DNA of 62,183 nt, counting the filler, from Sphacelaria rigidula (taxonomy: Eukaryota): the NCBI GenBank assembly GCA_964200075.2. It is 3 parts of 3 records of this genome, joined end to end, with 100 filler letters (N's around TTAATTAATTAA, not from the genome) between each part and the next. Parts side by side here need not be neighbours in the genome. Positions count along the whole stretch, not along the records: positions 1 to 20,668 come from CAXNAA020000503.1; 2 more parts are not named here. One strand, 5' to 3'. The notes under the pieces are model-generated. The model ran no database searches. It saw only the letters and a program-made list of their open reading frames with translations, and was not told the origin of the DNA. The translations under genes were made by a program, and so were the position numbers. This document shows positions 1-12,800 of this stretch, in pieces. Within the stretch, counting starts at the first letter, position 1. Every line of letters begins with the position of its first letter.

Positions 1-875
1 CGCAATGACCCACTGCGGGAGCAATATACCACTTGCTGTCTGCTTGCCTGCTTGCCTGCTTGCAGCTCTGTTACTTGACGTTTCCGAGAGTGAACGGTAC
101 TGCTTTTATAGCTATTATAAAAGCATCACGGGAGTCGATATTGGTTTACGCGGAATGATCACATACAACGCTAAATATCAAATCCACCTACAATCCCGTA
201 GGCTATCTCAAGCTGCGGCATTCGACGGCAGTTTGTCAACAACGGTGTGCTAATTTTGAAAGCGTTGTTAACAGCAGTGCCGAGGGTGTCGTCATCCTCC
301 CATGTCTCTCAGGGTACTCGTAAATTCGGAACAACGTGACGTCGAAAATCACCTGTATACCCCCGCAGGTTGTAGTATGATGAACCCTTCGTGTCGCAAA
401 CGTAACCTATCACCTGACGTCATCAGACTCCTTCGTACAAGCGCTCTAATCACGAATTGTGTCTCGGACTCCTACACAGCACGATACGCACCACCGCATC
501 ACCTAGTCGTGGCCGAGTACGCATATAAACCGAGGTGTGAATCCACTAACCTGCGCCTTTGAACGTCAAATTATGGTCCGCCTCACAAATGAATAACGGC
601 CCATGCTCGGGCTCAAAGGGGCGCGGTCAATCAATTCTGGGGTACCATCAAGTCTTGACGACTGCTATGGAGCCACGATAATCTCTACTGTAATCCTCAG
701 GGCTGGTGAAAGGTAGAGATTTGTCGAACCTCGTGAGTTATTTAGAATTGCCGTATATCAAGGCTTAGGGTCTGTTGAGCAAGCCATAATGATCTTCAAT
801 CCATATGGTCAATCATAAAGACTCCAGGACAACCAAGCCCTGACGGTCTGTCAAACCTCGGAGGATGTCAACAGA

Positions 876-3759
876 TCAAGCCTTAAGGGCTACTTCTCCT
901 GCCCGCCTCTTGGCTTCCAAATACCGTTCAGGCAGCTCATCGTTTCCCAAATCCAATTCCTCGATGAAGTTCGCTTCCAACTCCTGGATACAATGCCGTT
1001 TTATCAAGAGTGAGTTAGCATTAAAACAGGAATTGCAGAAAAATGCGGACACGGGTGGGGGTATGCTGTATCAGAACAGGGAGAGTATCTCGTCTGCTTT
1101 GATTTCGCGGGAAAGCTGTTCAACCTGGTACGCGTGTACTCCTGAGTAAATACGGGAAGCCGCCAAATGAGGGGATAGGGGCTCTGTGAATAACACTTGA
1201 ACAATAGGTGATACCAGGTGCTTGCATGAACGTGATCGACCCAGTCACATTTGTTAGGGTTGATTCAGTTCTTCACGTTTTTCTAAGGAAAGATTATGTC
1301 TTTGACACAGCTGCGACACGATATAGACGTACTCCTGAGACCAAAACGTGTCTACTTTATAGCACCTGATAGGCCTTTTCGGCCTCAGCCATCTCCGCTT
1401 CCAGCTCTGGATCAAGCACTTCTTTCACGATGGCCGTCTTGCTGCCCTTTCCTCCGATTGCTGGGAGTATATTGCATGCCGTAAACAAGTAAACAGGTAT
1501 TACATTGGAATCATCGGTCGCATCCACATTCGCTCCTCATGGTGCCATAGATGTTTCTGTCCATGCCCTCTGTTCTAACAAAGCAGCCCGGAATCTGCGA
1601 CAAGCCACCTGTGGACTGCACTGCCTTTTTCTTTTTTTTCTTCCTCTCCTTTTTCTTTCATGTCTTTTTATCACTTTTCTTTCCCCTTATCTTCGTCTCT
1701 TTTCTTCTCTTCGCTAAGTCGTGGGAATGCCTGTGTCTCGCGCCCGCAGAGCTGGTGCTTGAAAATTCCTGCCCTACTAGCGTAATTCTCAGATAGCTGA
1801 TTCGTAAGCTATTTCGACGGCCTCACCTCTGCGTCTCCTCCCCTAAACAGAAGGGCTCGGGCAGGGGCCTGTAGGGATTTTTCTCGGGACCGGTACTAGC
1901 TCTTAGCCTGGTTGTTTTCTTCCCTCTCTTTTTTACCCCGTTTACTTTGCTTGTGTTCTCCATTTCTGTTTTCTGTTTCCGCTTTTTTTTCCGAGCGTCC
2001 TTCAGGGAACTTTTCCGTTCATATACCTTAGGTATTTTTATCTTGTGGCCACAGCTAGGTTGGTAACGGAATATGCTGCACGGAGTATGGGTGGTATTTG
2101 ACTTCTGCTCTCTTCAATATATTTCGAACAGGACGGCCGGCGAGGCATCAGCGCCACTTCAGGAGGGAGGTCACAGCCCGAAGTAGGAACATCGGGAAAG
2201 TGGTGCATGTACTGATGATCTCGCATGCCGAAGTATTGAGGCCATATGACTTCGTATTCCTACAAAGTCGGGACGGTGCACGCCGGGTTTTCGCCGGATC
2301 AGGTTTGCAATCACCAAGCGCCATGCGCCATGACGTGTTCGGTGAGTCGCATGAAGGGTGAGCTGCATCCTACTAAGATTGTTCGGTCCGACGCATACTA
2401 AACATCTTGCAAGTGGATGACAGCCTCCAATGATTGGATACTTGATTCTAGTGTGTCTTCAAGACATGTTTTTGCTGTGTTCAGATTACACGATACTAGC
2501 ATGGTGTAGAGCTCTTGAGTTGAACGAAACTAGCAACAAAAATCACAGCGGGTGTCATTAACACCAACCCTGTCTTCGGTGACCGCGGTTCAAACAGTTA
2601 ACGAGGGCATGGATCAGACCAACTCGTTCCCCCGTGCCGGTTCTCCCACTTGACCTTCTCCTTCATTGCGATCATGCTGCCTTCACAGGCATGGACGTAC
2701 TTGGCACTTTTGCCAGAGAGCTGGCCGAGCGAAGAACAGGGGGCAGTGATGCCACATAGGTTATTAAAAAAATCACACGGATCATGTTTCAAAACGGGCC
2801 CAAGACAGAGTTGGGGAGGGCAGGGGGACTTCCACATATCTTATCGTAATGCACTGCACGGCTACCGGTTTTACTTCACATTTTGCTCTTCTCTTCAATG
2901 ATGGCCGTGGCGCCGTTGCGTTGCACTGCCGCTCTTTTACGGGGCGCTTTGCCACCCTTTTCACGCGGGCACACTCATAAAACACTCCGGGTGAAATGAA
3001 CGGATCACGTGGGTTTTCGTTCTATATCCCTGATTTGTTTCAACATGTGTGAAGAGGTATACCACAAGGGCTTCACACCTGGCTCGTGCATTGATACACG
3101 CTAGATTCTGAATACGGTTCTATCGGCCGACCATTCTCACGCTGAAGATCCGGTGGTTACTCGTGTGTTCGTGCCTACGGTCTGTGGCGAAGGGATTTGT
3201 TTGCAATCGGTTTCATGTGAATGAGTGATGTCGATGTTGGCAGTGTGTGAATACTTTGCCTGCTGGAGTCGGTAAGCGAGGGAGGTGCGTCCATTGTGTA
3301 CGGAGTATCATGTTGTCTATATTACGAGGTCGAGTATATTCAACCAGTATGGTGTAGTACCGAATGCAGCACAGAAGTATGGTGTAGCGTGTCGCAGTCC
3401 AATTTCACCTTTCCCCGTCGTTTCTGACACATCTTCAGCCACTTTTCCTTCACCCTCACCACCGCCCCCACCCCCCTCCCCGCCCGCGGCATCCTCACTG
3501 CCCCCGCTCGCTCCTCCGCCCTCGTTCGGTTGACTTAGCGTGTTCTGAAGCTCTTCTGCTTCCATCGCCTCTGTCTCCGCCGTGCGCACCGCGAGTCTCT
3601 CGCTTGCGTACTCCACGCGCTGAGTGGTAACCAAGCACAATGACGGCAAGTGTTTATCCGACGGTATTTGGTGGATGGTATGTAAACACCCGATCGGACA
3701 CCCTTGCAAACGCCACCGCCCGACAATATATGCTGCAAACTTTCTTGAAAGGTTTTGGT

Positions 3760-3808
<49 letters not shown>

Positions 3809-6800
3809 CTATCATCACTATCATCATTATCATTATCCTCATTATCCTCATTATGATCATTATGATCATTATGATGATGATGATCATCATCATAATATCA
3901 CCACCACTAGAGATTCGCAGGAAGATACAGGTGCTACCTACTTTTTGATGGTGTTCTCGGAGCGAAGGCTGGGGTATCTCACTCAAGGGGGCAAGGACAT
4001 GATAGAAACCTGCTGAGCTTTATGCACTACAAGATATCGCAGAACGTGGCTATAGTGACTTGCACCAAGTCTGACATAATCGGGTACACAATTACACCCT
4101 GGCAACGTTGCGTTTATCAGAGCCGTTCGTTCTTGATTTTCATACGCTCAGGGTTTCGCAATGCACGGTATAGTAGCACTAACCTTCATCTCTCTTTCGA
4201 GAAAGTTGTACATGAGATGTCTCTCGTTCGTGAGTGGTCTCCACAAGTTCTGGGGCACATCGTACACGTGAAGATTCCCTGCAGCGTCGCCAACAGTCAA
4301 GAGCTGCTGCTTCTGCTTGGCGCTCGAACCTCCCTTCGGTTTGAAGAATTCCATACTATTGGCCAGATTGTTCGTAATCAACATGTCAGAGCATGAAAGA
4401 TGGAACACAGATGCAGTGGGCAACAGGAGCACGTGGTGAGTACACCTGCACCAGGGGGGCGAGTGAAGAGATCTCACGTGCGTGCACTCGACCAGCTTGA
4501 CCCGAGACCATCGCTTCCCCACCTAATACGGTTGCTCTCGGCCACGGGTCTCGTAGCAAATGCAGGGAGGAATCCCCTGTGTATTTTTCGTATCTCCCTA
4601 CAGGTTACACGTTATCTTTACCTACACCCTCTCCCTCTCCCTCCCCGGAATGTTGAAGGTGACTATTAGGAGTAGCAGTGGTGCTCCGTCTCGAAAGGGT
4701 TGCGTGGTCAATGGTCAAACGACTAAGGCAAGCAACAAATGAGTGCGCCCCCCTCTCCTCCCCCACACGTCACCTGGTGATTCTAGAAGGACTGCTCATT
4801 AGGGTAACAGACGGGGCGTAGCTACTGTCCGTGAAATCCCAAACGTCCATAGATCCGTCGACTTTTCCCAAGAACAGCATCCCGGGTCTTGTCGGTGACC
4901 ACCGACCCGTCGTCAGGATGTTGGACGCAATTGGAGAAGAAAAAACCGGTTTTCGTAGTCCCACCTGTCACGAGGGCGAAACAGAAATGCAGTGCGAGAG
5001 CGTTACTGCTTAGCCGTCGATTGGGACGCGTTGCGCTGCGGGCGTTTTGTCTCTCGGAGGTGGGGGGGAAGGGGCGTACTCATTTGTTGCTTGCCTTAGT
5101 CATTTGACCATTGACGATGCATCCCTTTCGAGACGGTCTCAGAGGTGGGGGGGGGGCAGCCCCAAAATCGATGGAGGGGTATGCACCATCGAACTATAGT
5201 ATTAGGTAGAGTAATGGAATTAAGCTGATATTACAATAGTGATATTACAATAGTGATATTACAATAGTGATACTGCAATAGTCCGGTTCAGTGACGGTCG
5301 TTCATGCGAGTGAGGTGCAACAGCCACAACACGAGTCTAGTCCCCCTTGTGTGAGCAACGGTACTATTACTAATCGTGCTCGTGCCACTCGAGTATGCGC
5401 GTTGTGAATCGCAAGTGGCCAAGTCGTGGTATCGCACGGTTGGATGTACGCCCGTACTGGGTCGTCGTGTCCCGTCTTTCTCATTCGATCAGGTTAGCAC
5501 AGGCTTGCATCATACGAAACTACCACGGACACTGTCACTGCAGTACACTGGCTACACTCCAACGCTCCGACACAACAGCCCAGTCTTGGAATAAGTAGCA
5601 GAGTTCGAATACACTGGCGATGAATTCTCGAGCCTCCTGCTCATCGGTTGAAATGTCGAGAACGCGTTCGCCGTACATGAAATCTGCACAGCCGACTCTT
5701 CGACTACAAATTTCATCATGCCGACGATAGCAACAGAGCCCAAGTGAAAGGATGCCAAAACAGCCGTATGCGTTAACACTACCTTCCATATTTGGAAGCT
5801 CCAATCGCCGACGCTGAGCAACACCCCTGGGAAAAACGACGACTTGTCCAGCGCAACACATGGCCTCGTGTGATCGCTCGACACCCACTTCACAAACTCC
5901 GGTGCCACATCACCCCCGTCATCGCCCGCCCCTGCTCCCGCTCCCCCCCCCCGGCAGCTGCCGCCCCGCTACCTCCCCCAGTGATCTCCTCTTCGCCTCT
6001 TCCTCCTGCACCTACTCTTGCGCGCCAGTCCGCCAACAAAATTTCTCCCTCCTCCGTAGTACAGACAAGCTGAGAAAACAGGATTAAAAACGGTGAGAAA
6101 CGAACACGTATTGTGTACTTTGTTTCCAACACTATGAATGAACACTAGAATAATAACATTTCGAAGCGAACGTGGGGGGCGCGCAAGAGGTTGCAGAGGT
6201 TCAGCCATTGTAGAATTTCTTGGGTCTTACATTTCACTGCTGGCACGTCCACGGCGCGGAGTTAAAACAGAACATGGGTGTCGACAGTATTTTTGGTCAA
6301 CCGTGTACCGTATCGCACTAGGCACCTCTAATCGGCGACGACAACATGCTTGATCTCATGGCGCAACAGGTCGGTATGATCGACGAAATAGTCGCGGGGG
6401 GCTAGGACAGGGAGGGGAGGCAATGCTACCTCAGAGAGCATAAGATACGTACGGCACGAAAAACCCCGTAATGATTACTGTACTGATGTGCAACTACACG
6501 CAGAACTCCATATGTTTTTCGCCAATGTGCCTGCTCCTACCTGTGAACGTATATCCACTTCCTCCTTGCCCTCGCCCGGCTTGTCGTTGTTCGTGGTCGT
6601 TGTCGTTGTCCCGTCTGCCGCCACCCCCAAGTCCAGCACAACCCGACAAAGGCTCAGCTCTCCCACATCCTGGAGAACGCGTGTTCTGCGTAAATCGATC
6701 GTGTATAGTGCTCATAGAGGAAAAATAACAATCCCATGTGGAAAAGCGTCCGCGTGCTTCATGATACACTAGATGTAGAGAACTACGCTAGGAGCGTCTT

Positions 6801-9800
6801 TATCGCGATATATACTCGGATAAGCCGAATCGTACCACACCTGAAAAATGCGCTATTTGGTTGATCCCGCGAAACGGACGGACTCAGCGGTAGCCTGATG
6901 CCGTCACACATTGTTAGCGTATGTTACAGTGCTAGACATTACAGCACGGGTGACCTCCAAACCAGATCGAGCGGCAGACCCTAGGCCACTCTCCTACCCG
7001 ACGTACGACAACATGTCTATTCGTCCACGTGCGGATAAGCCAAACTACTATCTCGCTGAGAGAAAACGAGTTTGAAAAACGCTTGGTGCCTGCAACAGTT
7101 CCTCATCATTGTCTCCGTCGTACGGAGGAGAAAGTCTGGTGATCCTCTGATGAGGGCGCGACGGGGTTGGGGGCGGAGTCGAGTCCCTTTTCACACTATG
7201 GAGTCACTCTCAACCGTCGCGGCAGACAAATAACTTATTTTGTAGCGCGCTAAATACCAACATGGTACATGAATAAACACCGTTCGACAACGCTTTCATT
7301 CACAAACGTACTCGTCGAGAGTGCACGGGGTGTATTAACACACTCATGAACCTCTGTATCTCGAGAACCATTTCCTCTCATCCATCCCCACCGTAGGATC
7401 ACCCATGCCTTAGGCCAGTATCACGCTGCACAACGCGGCACTGCACCTCCAAGCGGGTCAGCTGCAGGCGGAAAAGAGGCGTCCACGGCGGCGGCGGTGG
7501 CCTGCCGTGCTCCTCCCTTTTCTTGTCGTGGTTCTGACGAGGCTTGGCAACGTGCGGGAGTAGACCCTCGCTGATTTCCTGCGCATCGATCACGTGTTGC
7601 CATCATTGTGCGGGCGAGGACACCATGCAGTGCTGCGGTGACTGTTTGGTGAGGAAATAAGCAATGGCTAATGTACGTATTGGTGGAATGCGGTGAATAA
7701 CGGTTATCCACGCTAGAGGCAATGTACAGTGGAAGCAGAAAGACGTATGGACGACCACAGGCTTATGCACAACACAGTAGTGTGGCAGTAACGCAGCGGG
7801 TCATGGTAGGATACGGCCTCCAAAACAGAAAACATGTGATGAAATTTGTGACGAGACTATACATATACAACAATTTTTTCCCCTCTCTGCTCACCTGATA
7901 TCTGGTGTCCCAGATGAGGCACTGTCCGTCGCTGGCTACAGTGATGAACTGGAATGACTTGTCATTTATGTACTCGTCCGCCAGTATCTGTCCCTTAGAG
8001 TTAATCTAAACATTGATAGAGGAAGGTGTTGCAGTTGTTGGCAACGACACGAGAGGTAGATGTAGCGCCAAACAGAACCCTGAAAATGTAGCCAGGGTAG
8101 CAAGCCTCTGCAAAACGCAAGCGGAGCGTTTCATTTTGTAGTGTCGAGGACAAGTTGTAGATTAGTGTGTGTGTTGTGTTGCCGTCCCATCTATTCTTGA
8201 CGCCGGTGTACACCTTTCGGCATATATGGGCGCACCAGCCGGGGTCACACAGGAGGAATATCAACACAGGAGCTTTTTGTTTTTTCTTTGTTTTTTAGTA
8301 CCCCGTCTTCCTTCTGCGGTGCTTGCCTTCCTTTTTTATCGCAAGATGGGTTCAGCAGTCCCTTTCCCTCGTCGACCGTTCAGTCGAATTTTGTGTACCC
8401 ACGACATAGTCGTTCTCCACTGTTGGGCATTGTGTGAGAAAAAATCCCAGATCGCTCCGAGATTTGAACCCGCGACCCAACCGTCACAACATTTCGAGAT
8501 TACCACCTGAGCCACCGGGGCGACCACTAGCAGTATCGACAACAGCTCGCAAACGTAGCCAACGCTTTCTACACACAATCGCATCTTGTTGCGTCTCCTT
8601 CTCAGTGGCTTAGGAAAGCATAGACCTGGGCCTCCTCGCCCATATCCTATACAAAGACAAGACGCTACTGTGCAAGAGGTGCGAGTGAAACATTTTTTCA
8701 TGCCGCGAGGCTAAAGTGTCATCATCCCACCGTGGAAATGCGAACCAGCTCCCCAAGTCTCCAGTGTCGACACTGGCACCTCGACGCATTTTAAGTGGAT
8801 TAGATAGCGTTGAATACGTTACCCGACACAAAGGCAGACACGATCCAAAATCATAACATGTGCAGAGCGACAGCAAAATGATTCCCCTCCAGCAGTGCTA
8901 CCAATAACATTGCTCGAACCTGGGTGGTCGGAGGTAGCCAAGCCAGATCTGCGACGAGCCTTCGGTGGCTCATATCGATGTGACTGATGGAAGACGGTTT
9001 CACGGGGGGTAATGATGCCACAGGCTCGTCCTCGTCCGCTCCTGGGCTGGGCTTACCGATGTGCCGAACGCTTTGTTTGCGCTTCCGTTGGTCGATCGTG
9101 TGTAAGGCACGAGCGATGTCCCAAGCAACCACCTGTCCATTTATCGCCCCCCCTACAACAATCTGATCGTATACAGGTGCGAAGAAGAACGGGAAGGGGG
9201 GTGCTTGGGAGCTACATTCATGACACAGGTTACTTAACTGAGAAGGGAGTTGGGAGAGAGTACTCTTCGAACGGTTGATGGAAGTTCTAGCTGGTACTGG
9301 GGTCGGGACCATTGTCCGATGTTGACGCTGTCCCCCGCCCAACTCCTGAACTGCAGACTTGCGACCAATTTGTGACTCGTACCCACGTGACTTCCTGCTA
9401 CTATACAACTTGACCATTCCACGAGTCGAGAACAAGAACTTGAAGCGTTACAGAGAAATAGGTTGATGTCCTGCAAGCTGAAGATTTATACAATCTACAC
9501 TGCTTCGAGTACAAAGCTGTCCCCTCTGATAATCTTCAGCATTTGTGCCCAGCAGGGTAGAAGAAGACAGACAGTGCTACAATGCTCGAACACCCCCAAA
9601 AATGACGTTCTGGTCATTGTTTACAGTTCACAATTGCTCTAGTGGTCTTCGTTTCGTACTTCTGTACTGCTTCTCCAAAACAAGGCGAAGACAATTTCGT
9701 TTTAAACTTCAAACACCAACGGTACAATAACTGTATGTTTGAAGCAAAATCACAAGCTTCTCGTACAAACTCTGTCATGACTTCACCCTCCCCCCCTTCC

Positions 9801-12800
9801 CCCCTCCCCTGCCCGGGACTTTGACTTGTCCCCTGATTCGTTCCCCTGTCCTCGTACCCATCTCTTATCCTGCAAGGATCATGGATGTCCTTGCCCCGAC
9901 GAACCCTACGAGGCTGGGGATTCACGCCATATACTCGTTCGTAAATCGCAATAATCGCGGTTCGTGCTCTATTCCATACACCCGTGAGACAGGAGGGGAA
10001 TTAACGGGGAATGTTGGTAGTGAGCTCTGTGCGCGAATGTTTTTGCTCATTGTCAAATAAGTCGCAGAGTTCACCCCAGCCGTATACCAACACACTTCCT
10101 GAAACCAAAATGTAAGGCGTGTACCGGGGAGATGGGTTGGTCCCTTGAGACCACAGACTCGTCCCGAGGAGGGGGGGCGTACTCATTTGTTGCTTGCCTT
10201 AGTCGTGTGACCATTGACCACGCATCCCTTTCGAGACGGAGCACCGAGGGGGGGGGGTTGAAGTGCGACAAATAAAAAATAATCCAACACCGATACGATG
10301 GAATCCGGGCTGCCTCCAGCGACCAGTAACATATCACAAAAAAACTGAAGACTGTCAGCTGACCATCGCTACAACATAGCAACACTCACCCCTGGCACTG
10401 TTGGATTGAATCTGAAGCAAAATATCTCGTGCGGGCTCTCGATCTTGAGCATCGGGTGGATTAGATCGGCAAAATCCCACAGCAGCACGTAGGAGTTGTC
10501 CACCTAGAAAGGACATCCAGCACGCAACGGGGGCTTCGCACTTACGATGGTGCTGTGCTCTGAATTAGGCTGGCCATGGTGGGAAGACAAGCTTTCCTAC
10601 GTATCGCCGATAAGCAATGACCCTCACGTCGCTCGAACGGTCGATTCAAGTGAGGTTGAGACTAGGGCAAAAAACACGCCCTTCGGGTTGAAATAGTTAC
10701 ACAATAGGACAATATGCCTCTCTTGACGGTTAACAATGGTGCCGGCAGGAACGTCCCCAACGCACCCACTACACAATTTTGCAATAGTCCATGTTCCTCT
10801 TTCAGGCTCACTTGGTTCTCGTCACGAGGTACCTGGCCTGAAAGTTGAACCCGCTCGTCGAAATTGACGTTCTTCACTGCGGACACCGCCACGCAGCCAT
10901 TACGCTTCGGCAGCCAATCGATAGCCGCCATTACCTTCGATCAGAATTACCATTCGGGAGTTCAACACGTGCGCAGTTTGCTCATTAAGGGGAAGGGGGT
11001 TGATGAAGAAAAATACACACATAAAAGGGGTCATTAGAGCGATACGTAAGGTCAACCTCACTCATCACCACCCTTCCTCTCCCCGTCCGAATTTCGTCAC
11101 AAAATACGCGCAACTTTGTACGCACTCGGGCGTGTAAGAGGCCGGAGAGGGAAGTCTTTCGGCGGCCGCCGTCGGTAACAACGAGCTCTGCGCAGTGGCC
11201 ACCGGAGGCCTTCCCCGAGGCCCCGCCGGTGGGCGAAAATTTGGAGGGGAATATGCCATTTTGCAAAAATTTGCCTCTATCTTATGTGTTGAAGGTATTC
11301 CAAAAGTGACTTGTGCGCGAGGAACACCTGAAAATCTTGATACACGAATGCAAGACATTGTTTAAAGACATCTTCGCTCTTGGGCAAAACGCGCACTACA
11401 TTCACAATTTTACGCACACACACATACATATATATATCGTACCTCATGAACATTGCAAGAAATGGCTATTGCAGCCGAAAAACAGGGCCAATTTTTCTGA
11501 GTTTTCAAATTCAAGTTGGTATTATGGACGGACTTGCCATTGACATGGTGACATTACGCTTTTTAGACGACAGTCAGCCCGTCAACTCCACCGTATCAGC
11601 AGTCTCAAATGTCAAAATATCCGGCGACTTCATCAACTGAGTTCGGCGGTAACCCGCCGAACGACAAAATTGTTTTCGGCGCTGCGCACAGAAAAAGCTC
11701 AAAATTCGGCGCCGCCGCAGTGCCTCACCTATTTCACGCCCTCGTTCGCACATTTCCCGTGCGAGTACACACACACATATATATATATATATATACGGTT
11801 TCGTCTCACTTCCAACCCCTGCCTTCCTTGGGATGAGTCCGCAGTCTCGAGGGAGGAACCATCCCATCTCTCTCCCGGTACAAACGTTGTAATGGCATAT
11901 CTCGGATTGGATCATGACTACCAGCGCGCCCGCACCCCATCGACTCTCGTCCAATGAACTTTTTTTGTTAGTCAGGTCCTGACGATTTCAACGGGACAAA
12001 TCAGGAACAGTACTCCTTAAAACACACACATACACACATTTGTATCAGCCGGGAAGCACACCTGCATTCTTCCGACCAAATTGCCGTCTCTTGTATCAGT
12101 TAGACAACCAGAGCGCAGGGACTGTCAAATAGTTAACGTCCCACACTGTAATCCAGCGATTCGCGTGGCCATTTCACACATGCTCGAGCCACCAATTGAG
12201 CTCTTGACATTTCTGGGCACGAGAAAACACATTTTGATACTGTTTTGGTCTTACCAGAGAGAGGTTGAAGCCTCACTTTATATTTGATTTGCGCTCTTGT
12301 TGTTGTATTCCTCGCTATAATTGTTAAATTTCTTCAGTGACTCCACTGAAATCAGGTGGTGTATGCCTCCTATTAAAATAAAATTAATCTTCCAACCCTT
12401 CGATGAATGAAGCAAGATTTAGTCCACCACCAAGATCCAGTAATACCCGGACAGTACACCAACAGCTAGTGGTCAATTATTATCAGAGCTTACTCGAGGT
12501 GGCCACCCCCACCCGTCAACCCCACACCCTATTCCACTAGTTTTCGAATTTGGACACTCCAGGGGGATATGTCCTCCGTGCTGCTTCTGGTGACAACTCG
12601 ACATGCGCATACATACTGCGCACAGCTATCTTCCACATATAACATTTTCCTCCGTGCACAGCATAGTCTGAAAAACAAAAATGGCCTGGCCGACGGCAAC
12701 CGTGCCGGAAGTAGTGGGACTAGGCCCATAGTGGAACGCTCAGCGGAAAACCTATGGTATTGCGGTGCAGTCAATAATGTCACCTTGTTTTTGGAGTGGA

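Noticed and set aside
3624-4016. Poly-His / poly-Ile / poly-Met ORFs
   Set aside because: Translations of an intronic (CAT)n microsatellite
8445-8525. Functional tRNA gene
   Set aside because: A/B boxes are present but there is no convincing cloverleaf, and it is attached to a repeated body and tail, so it is a SINE head
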